A stretch of DNA of 59,175 nt, counting the filler, from Sphacelaria rigidula (Eukaryota), in assembly GCA_964200075.2 (NCBI GenBank). It is 8 parts of 8 records of this genome, joined end to end, with 100 filler letters (N's around TTAATTAATTAA, not from the genome) between each part and the next. Parts side by side here need not be neighbours in the genome. Positions count along the whole stretch, not along the records: positions 44,458 to 51,766 come from CAXNAA020015509.1; positions 51,867 to 59,175 come from CAXNAA020015510.1; 6 more parts are not named here. The stretch is one strand, 5' to 3'. Position 1 is the stretch's first letter. Each line of letters begins with the position of its first letter. The translations under genes and the position numbers were made by a program. Below, in pieces: positions 48,642 through 59,175 of the stretch. The notes below the pieces were generated by a model. It made no database searches. It was not told where the DNA came from and worked only from the letters and a program-made list of their open reading frames with translations.

Positions 48642-49184
48642 GTCGTCTATGCTTCAAACACTTACGGAGAGACTCTTGCCTGACTTGTGCGTCCTCCAGC
48701 TCACGGAACGTCCCCCCTTGCTGTGCGCTTCAAGCTGGTCTCCTCCTGTCTGCGGGCTAAACTGACTCTTAGCTGCTGCCCACTTTCCTCCTCAGCCAAT
48801 ACTCCTCTAACAGAGTGCCGGAAGAATATCTAGATATTATAGCCTCTGCCAGACGACCTGGACAAGAGGACTATCCACGAGGGATTCCTCCAGTAGCACT
48901 GGCCTCGTGCTCGACAAGTCCTTTCTTCTAACTTGTTATTATCACGGAGTGATCATCAACAGACCACATCAAGAGCCAGACAGCAAGGCGCCACACAGAT
49001 AAGGGTCATCAATTCAGGATTCCCTGACCCCTGCGACTGCTCCAATCATGCATGCGATTATACTGAAACCTATGTCTTGGTATCCTTTGGCTACAAGTAT
49101 CACCTGAGTATGATCCCAATACTCTACTCAATTTTTGAGTAGACTGAGTATGATCTCACTCTGCTCGAAAAATTCAGGGATATA

Positions 49185-49575
49185 CAGGTTACACGTGACG
49201 TTATACGGGACATATTCGAAAAGACGTAACTTTTGGTCATTCAACGCTACGTGAGGTCTGATCTTTTGGATGAGACAAAGGTAACGTAACGTGTTGACCT
49301 TGAAGTAGTGTCTCTTGGGATTTTCCAGATGTAAAAAAAAGCTGTTTTTTGTGATTTTTTTACTTGACGTTTTACGTGACATTTTCACGAAAACAAGCAG
49401 AGTTTTCGTCACATTTGGAAAGTAAAACGCTATGTAAGGGTTCATGCAAAGGACCTCACGTTACATCACGTTACGTTACATATGTCCCATCCTAAAACTC
49501 GAACCTTACGTACCGTTAAATGACCCAAAGTTACGTTTTTTTCGAACATGTCACGTATACGTCACGTGTAACGTG
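49185..49575. mobile_element. MITE with ~70-bp TIRs flanked by TATA
   Basis: TATA|CAGGTTACACGTGACGTTATACG.GACAT.TTCGAAAA.ACGTAACTTT.GGTCATT and its inverse ending GTCACGTGTAACGTG|TATA. Confidence 0.8.
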
Positions 49576-52363
49576 TATATGTTATGGATCGCGGCGTAAT
49601 GGTGGGAGGGTAGTACGAGGATGAGCCCAGCTATTCGACTGATGGGCTCGGAAAGCTAGTCGATGTGACCTACGGTATTCCAACTAGAGGGGAGTGAGTG
49701 ATGTCCGTTGTAACGGTTACAGACACGCCTCCGTGCGCGCAGTGGTTTCATTACGCTGTACAACCCTTGATTTTACTCTCTTGACGATGAGCAAACAACG
49801 AGCGAAGAGCTTATGTGAATCTATTGATGAGGCTATCAAAACCACCACCGCGAAAGAGAAACTGAATCGCTTCTGGAGTTGTCATCACTGTACTGCGTTG
49901 GACGGATTTCCTCTTGCTATGCTTTTGCGGGTTGGTCGCTGAACACGGTGAGACAATACAGTACGGATCCCTGAACCATACTCGATACGTCCGTATGCGA
50001 TGGAGGTCGTCATGACAGTAAATTAATGAATTCAGTGCACAAACAGATGTGTACTTGAGGCATGTTCTGGCATAATCAACATGGTATATTAGTCATCACG
50101 TATTTGCCTGCGCATGAAATGACTCAACTGGATGCTTGCTCGAGACCACGAGACATATCGCCTGTCTGTAAGCCAGTTGTGACGCCTAATGCCAAGAACC
50201 CCAACACCACACCATTCTGTCTGTAACATAGTGCTTCCAGCCGGGACAATTGTGTCGGCTGTTGTTATCCGTGACGTATTGATCACCCCTCTTGCGATTT
50301 CCCGAAATGCGCTTTTTCAACGAAGCATCAGCCACGGTGATGTTTCGGTCCCCATATATGAAAGTTCGTTGTTCGCCTCAAACGAGAACCCCGCATGTGA
50401 TGATGAATTTTGCTGTCTGAGAATGACGAATGAGCGAACTGGTCCTCGGTCAATCCCGTGTGCGCTTGAACACGCTGTCGGCTGTGTTTATCCTACGTCA
50501 CCTAAAGATGCATGTCCACAGCGTTAGCGCAGCGGATATTGCCAAACGACTGAGTTTGATGTTTGGGGTGCACAGCTGTTGCGGTGTTCATACTGCTACC
50601 GTACAGTGAGCATGAAAAATCCGTATAGTCTATACGTTATATAGTATAACTGCGGAGGATTCGAAAGTTCAACTGACCGCGCTGCTTCCATCACTCAGAG
50701 TTCATGTTTGAAGAACTGGGCGATGTGATTGGTCAACTTTGCCCTGCCATAACAAGCTGTAACCTATGGAGGAAAAGGAAATGATGGCTGATGCTGACAA
50801 CACCGGGCTACCCGCTTGAAGTGATTTCACGGTTCACTGGATGACGTGGGGATGACGCTTGGCCCATGCTGCATGTGGGTTATATTTAAATTCGTGAACC
50901 GTCACTCGCTACTGTGAAACGTGGGACTGATTGTGCAGCCCGAGATATACCGAACAGATGCGCTGATGCTGCTGCTTCGAGTCAAGTTTCTGCACCCATG
51001 CAGCGCTTGTTCTTGTCTACGTGAATCCGCGTGTCCACGGCATTTATCCACGACTACGATGTGTCTGCAATAAGCGCACACATGTATGTCTATATCGCAT
51101 GGTGCGGAAGGATGCCGTTTCAGTGCTGCCTGCTTAAATTGGAGCTTGCTTTACCCTATTAGAAATCAGAGATATCCTCCACCTAAACTGGTTAAATGAA
51201 ACTGTTGATTTACTGTGTCTTACTGCTGAACTTGTATTACAGCAGGCCATCTGCTGTGTGCATCCTGTCACTAAACATGAATTTGCACAACGCTTGCACA
51301 GTGCACGAACCAGGCTGATACCCATATTCCTGTAACATGGTGCGGCGTGCTGTTGTTATTTTAATGCTACCAGTCATCCCTCACCATTATCCTACATCAA
51401 TCGTGCCTTCCTGTTCGGCGAGATATGACCTGATGTTGCTCAATACCGATGCACTTGAAACAATGCTTCCGTGAGATTGAGAGTAGAAGATACGATTGAG
51501 AGTGAAAACCGGTCAATTAGTCAATGAATCGTTTCAGTTCCGAAATGCCTCTCCACGAGGCCCGATATTCTTCCTGTAGTAGCTTGCCACTGAGGCGCTT
51601 GATATCCGTGAGTAGGATATCGACATGTAGCTGTAAGAACACGCCAGGGAGAGAGGAAAAGAAGAGCATACACGGAATGAAGAATTGGCTAAGTTAGAAA
51701 CAGGGTTGCCAGAAAAATGAGAACGTATTTTGAAATGAGAATCAACCGCTCCCCGGGATTGTATCCNNNNNNNNNNNNNNNNNNNNNNNNNNNNNNNNNN
51801 NNNNNNNNNNTTAATTAATTAANNNNNNNNNNNNNNNNNNNNNNNNNNNNNNNNNNNNNNNNNNNNGTCTTATGACGATGGCACGCATGATCATGTGTAC
51901 ACCCTCCCGATACATAATACGGGCACAGTTGAATTACCCTCATACCGTCCACAGTCGCAGCGCACACACGCCACATGCACCGCCCCCGCAACCATGCGCA
52001 CCGGCAGAATCGAAAATTCTACCCTATTTTTTGTCGCTAACAATTTGCCGCTGGGGCCGTGTCTTAAAAAAAATCGACTCGGACGAGTTCGTGCGGCGGA
52101 ATTGATTCAGTTCGTTTTGCTGTGTTTGGATCCGAGCGAGTTTGAACGCTTTCGATCGAAAAAAGTAGGCGAAATTTGTGAAGCGGTACTTGTTTACTTG
52201 TATTCAATACAGACAACACAGACCGTGCTCCCTGTACTGTCTGTACTCTCGACACAGTGTGCGTATTTGGTACAAAATGCAGGCACTATGTAGAAAATAA
52301 GCGGGCAACGTGACATACAGACAGCAGCTGCATGCAGGAGGAAGTGAAGAAGGGTTGAACCAC

Positions 52364-52422
52364 GTGCAGTTTTGTACTGCCCTTACTGTCCATGAGCGTG
52401 TTCGCAATTTGGTCGCCCACCC
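52364..52422 (+). repeat. ~60-bp direct repeat, second copy at about 56392-56450
   Basis: GTGCAGTTTTG.ACTGCC...ACTGTCCATGAGCGTGT..GCAA.T.GGTCGCC.ACCC in both copies. Confidence 0.75.
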
Positions 52423-53930
52423 CAACACGCAGCTAAGTGGGTGCCCCCTACTTGTACCACAAAATTAGATGCCCAAGTTTTCAACAAGAAAGAAACACCT
52501 CACGCGGAGAGGGTCGGGGTGTCGGTTCTCCACTGCATGCAGTGTATATGCTCAGATCATGATCTATGCGGCAGGGTTGGGTTGGTAGCTGCGAATGAAC
52601 CGTGTGGGGTTACTCATAGAGTTCCGTGAAAGGTTTGTATCTGGCATGGTTGCCTGCAACACGTGAGTCATGTGCCCCTTCGTTCGTTTCCGCCGCATGC
52701 TTTCGATCGAAAAAGCTAAGATTTTATGTTTTTCACCCCGTCCGTCCCGCGCAAATAATTATGAAATTGACTTGCAAGCCATCTGAGAACATAAATGCCG
52801 TGGACGTATCAGATACGAGCTAACTACGACCAATTCGATTCGACCGCATGTTTTCGAGTCGAAGAAAAATTGATAAGGCCGTGTCTTCGCACATTTTTTT
52901 TTGATAAAAAAAGTGCGGTGACAACAAAATATTCCGATCTGATAGGTCGTGATTTCGGTCATCTTCAAAATAAACGACGATGGGTGAAATCGCGACCAAT
53001 CAGATTGGAGTTTTCCGTTTCCACTGCATATTTTCGATCGAAAAATGATGGTGCTGAGACCATCTTTCACGGCAGTGACCAATCTCGATTCTTTTCAACA
53101 TCTGCGGAAAAAATCTGGGAACGTATTCTAGACCATCTTTGTTGGCAGTCACCAATCTCGATTTTTTCGAGCATCCGGAGGAAAAAATCGGGGAACGCAT
53201 TCTATGGATTCTGATTTGGACCAAATCGGAGGCGACAAATCGGGGAATCACCATTTCGGAACGGTTTCCCCCGAATTTTCGAGATATCGGGGGAAATCGT
53301 TCAAGGGTCGGACGAATGAATGATTCGTCTGGGAATTACTGGACCAAATCGGAGGCAAAAAATCGGGGTTTTACGATCTCAGAACGATTCTCCCCGATTA
53401 AAAAAAAAACGGTTTTGAGGTGACGTACATGCGTTGGCGTACAAAGGTAGGGTACGACGCGCTCGATACTTCTGCAACCGCAGCAGAAGACTGCCTCGTG
53501 ACAACGCAAGGCGTGCCTGCCCGCGCCAGCTGCTGAAGCACTTTCGTAAGGGGTTTGACAAGCGGAAAATAAGTGTTGACGCCGTACCCTGCGGCGATGA
53601 TGATATTTTGTGCTGCACTGCCTGTGCTGCCATATGTATGACTATAACAAACGGTACTGTACTACAGTATCCTAGTCTGTTGGCGCTGTGCTTGCAGGGT
53701 GATGTATGGCACTGCAGTGCTGAGCTCTTCTCACACACTGTTCACTGTTGTCGCGATACCGACTGCGCCATCAAGTATTACAACACGGTATTAGCACATA
53801 CTGTAATGATGGGAGTGTCCTGCACTGTATTACCCTAGGGTACCACGGTACGACACTGTTGTACTCGAAGGATTATTTACCGCCTACCTGCTCTTCGGCT
53901 TCATGCACGAGTACGCGATACTCACAAGCC

Positions 53931-54357
53931 GGTCGCCCCGGTGGCTCAGTTGGTACAATAACCTCAAAACCTTCTGATAGTTGGGTCGTGGGTTCAAATC
54001 TCGAGCGATCTGGGTTTTTTTCTCATGCCCAACAGTAGACAGCAACTGTGTCGTGGGTAAACAAAATTCGACTTAATGGTCGACGAGGGAAAGAAACTGC
54101 TGAACCCCTCAGAGCGAATATGTCGTGGGTGAACAAAATTCGACTTGACGGTCGACGAGGAAAGGGACTGCTGAACCCCACCCGCGATAAAAAAAAAAGA
54201 CAAGCACCGCCCAAGGAATGTGGTGAACCAACACAAAAATAACACACGAGAAAAGTCTTGTGTTGGCCTTCTCCCTGGGTGACCCCAGATGGTGCATCCA
54301 CATATACTGAAAGGTGTAGCCCGGCGCCCACAATAGATGGGACGGCAACACCACACT
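53931..54357 (+). mobile_element. tRNA-derived SINE with an internal ~73-bp duplication
   Basis: A box TGGCTCAGTTGG, B box GGTTCAAATCT; TGTCGTGGGT.AACAAAATTCGACTT...CTGCTGAACCCC occurs twice (54048 and 54121) but once in the 10195-10544 copy. Confidence 0.85.
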
Positions 54358-55442
54358 CATGCAGAAAAAACCCATCTGTGTACAGAACTGGTTCACAAAT
54401 CTGTGATACCATAAAACGACCCTCCACCATTTTGAGTTCGCGACTTTGAGTCCCCCTGATCTCGAAGAAATCGGGATCTTGGAAAATCGAGATTGGTTGC
54501 CATAGAAGGTGGTCGAAGACACGCCCTGACAAATACAACGACCGAACCCTACAGAAAAAAAACGGCCGCTCAGAGAAAAAAAATCGAGTCTACCCGAAAT
54601 CCGCACAAACCACATGCCACTCGAGAATCTGCCCCGAACACCTTGCTTCACGAAATCCAGGCGCCGATTTCGACGAAAACGCGATGTGGGCACGCTAGGA
54701 GCGCATCCCCCATGAAAGATCCGGATTTAGGTGTCCACACTAAAACCGCATTGGGATGTCTCATACCTACCAAGTGAACACCTCTGTATTGGTGCTGATA
54801 TGCAACAAAATTGGTGACCTTGCACTGCCCAGTGGAATGAGCAGTAAGGGCCCATCCTAGCGGGATTACAAAGAAAAAAAGCGAAGAGTCAAGCAAGGGT
54901 CAAAACGCAGCATGTCGATTGATTGTCCACGTGATCTCGCGGCGGCCAATCAACGCGCTATTTTGGACGCTTGCTCTGCTCTTCGCTTTCCTGCGATGTC
55001 CCGTCAAGATCGGCCCAAACACAGGACATGTGTGCCGTGCGGTGTAGCATAGTGGTATCAGGACAGTTCGGTGAAGCGATCTTCAACAGCGTGTTGTGCA
55101 GAAAGTGGCGAAGTCACAACGGGGGAAGTGGGGATACAACGGTGGAGATGATGTCACGGTAAAGACGGTGAGTCTTGTGATGGTCGCCCACGGAAAGAGC
55201 TCAATAGGGCGCCTCAAGACGGAGTAAGCGCGCCTCCACCAGCGAAGTTCACGCGAGTTCTTCGTTACCTCATAATTGAAACAGACTTGATTCCAGCGTT
55301 GAATTATCAAATTCACTTCCTGGAGGGGCCGACAGTCGGAAGTGCTGGCATCGTGCGCAGCACATGCTTTCGCTTCGCCGACGAACACTTCGCCTAGGGC
55401 ACTATATGCGCATTCCTTGCCCAAGCGTTCTCACTATACCTG

Positions 55443-55463
55443 GGGTTAGGGTTAGGGTTAGGG
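55443..55463 (+). repeat. Short interstitial telomere-type repeat GGG(TTAGGG)3
   Basis: Seen directly. Confidence 0.8.
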
Positions 55464-56600
55464 CTATATCTAGAACGTCTCCACCAAGACGGTTTTACGA
55501 CGAGCCCCTGTGAACTGACCTGCACCACTTTTTTGGCCCGCAAACACCGAGAAGGTCTGACAATTTGCACGTAGGTCCGTGAGGCGGAGTCCTACGGGGC
55601 AGGTTCTCGCGATGCAGGTGGTTCGTGCGGATTTCGGGTAGACAGTGATTTTCGGAAATCCTCGAGTTCTTGAGGCGGTCGTTGTATTTGTTTCCGCTGG
55701 ATTCCGCCGTTGTTTGAGTCAGCGCGGAAAGCATAAAAGCTACGATTCTGCTAGTAGTGCGTATGATTGCGGGCGGTCCATGCGGCGAACGTGCGCGGCA
55801 GCTAGGGAAGGTACGGGGCAGTCCAACACGGCATTCATACGAATGCTATATATGTTGAAAATAATGGCTGCAGTGTAGTACCTTATGCTTTCTTGGCCTC
55901 ATCACTGTGTAGCGCGGCTGCTCGAGGCTAAACATGATTTCTCCTTTTTTTTTTCTTTTGTTGACAAGGGCTGATCGGTGAAGTCCTGGATTCGTGTGCC
56001 TGGAGAATTCGGGGTGAAAACGGTGTTGTTTTCGTATTTCGCCAACTCCGCAGGATCGTTCTGCGCTGTCTCAGGCCACGTTTATGAGCTTTTCGAGTTC
56101 AGTACTTTGGGGAACCCATCAAGGGCCCAAAATTGATAGATGACGCATAATATCTGGTATATGAGCAACATTGGAGAGGTCGGATTTGGGCGGGGAGTGA
56201 ATGGTAGCGGAGGGGACGAGAAAATAGCCGTCCCTGGGGGTGCTTTTTACCGTGATTTCGGGATGGCACCCCACCGTTTTGGTCGAAAACGTGCGAACGG
56301 CGATACGATTGCATGACATGAAAGCTGTTTGGGGATGCGGAGAATATGGAAACTCTCTGCATACAATGCGACATGAATTGACTTTAACAATGTGCAGTTT
56401 TGAACTGCCTGCACTGTCCATGAGCGTGTAAGCAAGTCGGTCGCCAACCCTACGATCATATAATATGTTCAAGTCTTCGCCGACAAAATATTAAAAAAAA
56501 AAACATACCCGACTGCTGCATAGTTGCGGTGGTGGCTGAGGAAGAATTGCATGGGGTTTGCATGGATCTGTGAGCTGATGGTATCTGGCGAGGTGATTTG

Positions 56601-56738
56601 CATACCCTGGACAATAGAATACACGGTCAAAACATGTACTGCGTACAGTATGGAATCTATTGTCTGTTGCAATAGACAATAGATTCCATACTGTACGCGG
56701 TACATTTTTTTACCGTGTATTCTGTTGTCCAGGGTATG
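56601..56738. mobile_element. 138-bp foldback MITE with a perfect 8-bp TSD (hAT-like)
   Basis: GTGATTTG|CATACCCTGGACAA...TTGTCCAGGGTATG|GTGATTTG; almost entirely palindromic. Confidence 0.9.
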
Positions 56739-56858
56739 GTGATTTGCAAGATGGGAGCCAAGTGCCCCTTCGTGCCGTTCCTATGCATGTCTTCGACCGG
56801 AAAAGCTCAGCTTGGGCATTTTTCCTCCTGTATGGGCGTCACTAATTATGAACAATTT

Positions 56859-57026
56859 CACACCTTAGACAAAATATGGTCAATAGCTGCAATAGACAAG
56901 AAACGTACTGCATAGAGTATAGGCCTACTGCGACTATTGTCGGCCGGCAATAATTGCAATAGGCCTCTACTTTATGCAGTACACTTCTCGTTTATTGCAT
57001 CTTTTGACCATATTGTCCAAGGTGTG
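56859..57026. mobile_element. Foldback MITE, hAT-like (8-bp TSD)
   Basis: AACAATTT|CACACCTTAGACAA...TTGTCCAAGGTGTG|AACAATTC; homologous to 6603-6781. Confidence 0.83.
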
Positions 57027-57034
57027 AACAATTC

Positions 57035-58600
57035 CAAGGGTAGGTCGAGTAGAGTTTGTACTTTTGATTACTCGAGTAAAATACTCAAGTATTTAATCTA
57101 CTCGACATTTGAGTAGGTCGAGTGCGGCCTCAAATACTCTACTCAAATTTTGAGTAGGTCGAGTACGGTCTCAAATATTCTACTCAAATGTTGAGTAAGC
57201 ACTCTCAGTAATTCTCGAGTATAGTGTATCACTTGAGTATGACCTCAATACTACTCTACTCAAATTGTGAGTAGGTTGAGTACGGTCTCAAATACTCTAT
57301 TCAAATTTTGAGCAGGTTGAGTACGGTCTCAAATACTCTACTCAAATTTTGAGTAAGTACTCCCAGTAATACTCGAGTATAGAGTATCACTTGAGTATGA
57401 CCTCAATACTCTACTCAAAGTTCGAGCAGGTCGAGTACGACCTTAAATACTCTACTCAGATTTTGAGTAAGCACTCTCAGTAATACTTGAGTATAGAGTA
57501 CCCCTTGGGCATCGTGAGTACCCCTGACAGTCGGCGACTTCGTGGCGTCAGTTCACACACCATGTTGAATGCATGGGCGAACGATGGCCATCAATTAGAT
57601 GGGCGGCACTACATCACAGCCAACAAGGAGTACGAGCGAATGATGGCCATGAAAACCTCAAGAAGCGTGCAGGTGAACGAACCTACTTGCCCCAGCGCCC
57701 CATCTCACCAGCCCCCACCCACGGCAGTTCATACTCGATACCTCTCAACGCCTTCGGTATCACTTTCAATACAGAGGGCTACTTATCATCATCGAGTAGT
57801 CGAGTAGTCGAGTAGGTATCATCAAAATGGGCGACTCTACTGGCCACGGTTTGGCAAGACAGTTTGATCTCGAATCAACAATCATCATGGGTGGGCAACT
57901 CTGGGAATACCTCGGTATCTCCTCTACCCAAGTTTGAGTATCTTGCGTACGAACTTGAATATTTAAATTCAAGTTATGGGTTTTCGGTACATCGGATCCG
58001 GCCTGAGATACTTCACTCAAATTTTGAGTAGGTCGAGTACGGCCTGAGATACTCCACTCAAATTTTGAGTAGGCCGAGTACGGCTTCAAATACTCTACTC
58101 AAATTTTGGGTAGGTCGAGCACGGCCTCAAATACTCCACTCAATTTTTGAGTAGGTTGAGTATGGTCTCAAACACTCTACTCAAATTTTGAGTAGGCCGA
58201 GTACGACCTCAAATACTCTACTCAAATATTGAGTAAGCACTCTCAGTGATACTTGGGAATAGAGTATCCCTTGAGTATGACCTCAACAGTCTAGTCAAAT
58301 TTTGAGTAGATCGAGTATGGTCTCAAATACTCTACCCAATTTTCGAGTAGGTCGAGTAAGAACTCAAATACTCTACTCAAATATTGAGTGAGCACTCTCA
58401 GTAATACTTGAGTATAGAGTATTACTTGAGTATGACCTCAATACTCTACTCAATTTTTAAGTAGGTCGAGTATGGTCTCAAATACTCTACTCAATTTTCG
58501 AGTAGGTTGAGCACGGCTTTCAATACTCTACTCAAATTTTGAGCGCTAAAAGTTTGACTCTAAAAAAATACTGAGTATTGAGTATAGTCTACTCGACCTA
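57035..58600. repeat. Satellite-like array (41-bp unit plus a ~72-bp variant) bounded by inverted ends
   Basis: Unit GAGTAGGTCGAGTACGGTCTCAAATACTCTACTCAAATTTT with palindromic core TACTCAAATTTTGAGTA; blocks at about 57100-57500 and 58005-58545 around a largely unique centre; ends TAGGTCGAGTAGA / TCTACTCGACCTA. A related short remnant lies at about 49098-49167. Confidence 0.88.
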
Positions 58601-59175
58601 CGAGCTGGGCCAGCCTAGAGGCGGGTTTGAAGTTTGCAGGCCCATGCTCTTTTGTACATTTAGAGTTGGACCCTGAAATTTGGTATGGACAGTGCATAGG
58701 GAATAAAAAAAAAATTACTGAAGTACCAAAAGTGTTTTTTTTTCATGAGTTAGGGGCATTTTACTCGTGAGTTAGAGGAATTTTACGGAGTGTAGGGGTA
58801 TTACTCATGAAAAAAAACACTTTTGGTACCTAAGTAATTTTTTTTTACGCCCGATGCACTGTCCATACCAAATTTCAGGGTCCAACTCTAAATGTATAAA
58901 AGAGCATGGGCCGATCAAAAACCGGCTCGGTAGAAATTCGGAACAGTATTTTGCAGGACACTCACCGACCCACGTTTGGTTTTCGTGTATTGAAATTTGG
59001 TATGGGGGCTCTCTAAGGCATATTCAACAAAAAAGAATGGGTCACGTTGATTTTTTTTCAATTTTTTTCATTGGTTTAGGGCGTTCTACTGTGGTGAAGA
59101 CCATTTTTTTTTATTCGGCACTCTTTTGTGGTTCTCCACACCAAAATTCGTCGCCATCCGCTAAATGCATCGATC
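58601..59175 (+). mobile_element. Copy of the 8154-9369 TIR element, internally shorter and cut by the window end
   Basis: TA|CGAGCTGGGCCAGCC; same internal inverted repeat (GAGTTGGACCCTGAAATTTGGTATGGACAGTG); 59134-59175 matches about 9103-9143. Confidence 0.88.

Noticed and set aside
48980-49100. PBS (TGGCGCCTTGCTG, minus strand) and 5' LTR of the Gypsy element
   Set aside because: Not preceded by a CA LTR end, and there is no second LTR to compare.
49690-51700. Decayed transposase or viral gene
   Set aside because: Fragmented frames without a recognisable motif; a tBLASTx search would be needed.
53931-54010. Functional tRNA gene (also 10470-10544)
   Set aside because: No clean cloverleaf and it continues into a conserved non-tRNA body, so it is a SINE head.
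57100-58545. CRISPR array
   Set aside because: Units are contiguous tandem repeats without unique spacers; eukaryotic context; no cas ORF.

Overview
This window is not one locus. It is eight unrelated eukaryotic scaffolds of almost identical length (1-7311, 7412-14721, 14822-22130, 22231-29539, 29640-36948, 37049-44357, 44458-51766, 51867-59175; 7311, 7310 and 6 x 7309 bp) joined by artificial 100-bp linkers (N44-TTAATTAATTAA-N44). Short exons in long GT-AG introns, TTAGGG repeats and a Gypsy RT with a WVDD motif suggest a stramenopile, probably a brown alga (inference). Recognisable genes: three spliced exons of a FANCJ/BRIP1-like helicase, one TPR exon of an O-GlcNAc transferase (SEC/OGT-like), and a multi-exon gene of unknown function with a Tudor/MBT-like motif. 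Mobile DNA dominates: a decayed Ty3/Gypsy element, the 5' end of a second LTR element, tRNA-derived SINEs, (TCAA)n-tailed retroposon ends, and several MITE families (TA-TSD with an empty site visible in the window, 8-bp-TSD hAT-like, TAA PIF-like, long foldbacks). The most unusual structures are two arrays bounded by terminal inverted repeats (TIRs) with palindromic cores spaced 41-43 bp apart. One (12621-13574) keeps a 12-bp palindrome between divergent ~30-nt spacers; the other (57035-58600) is a homogenised 41-bp satellite. Nearly all ORFs in the six-frame track are spurious. I see no prokaryotic-type system (CRISPR-Cas, operon, rRNA).
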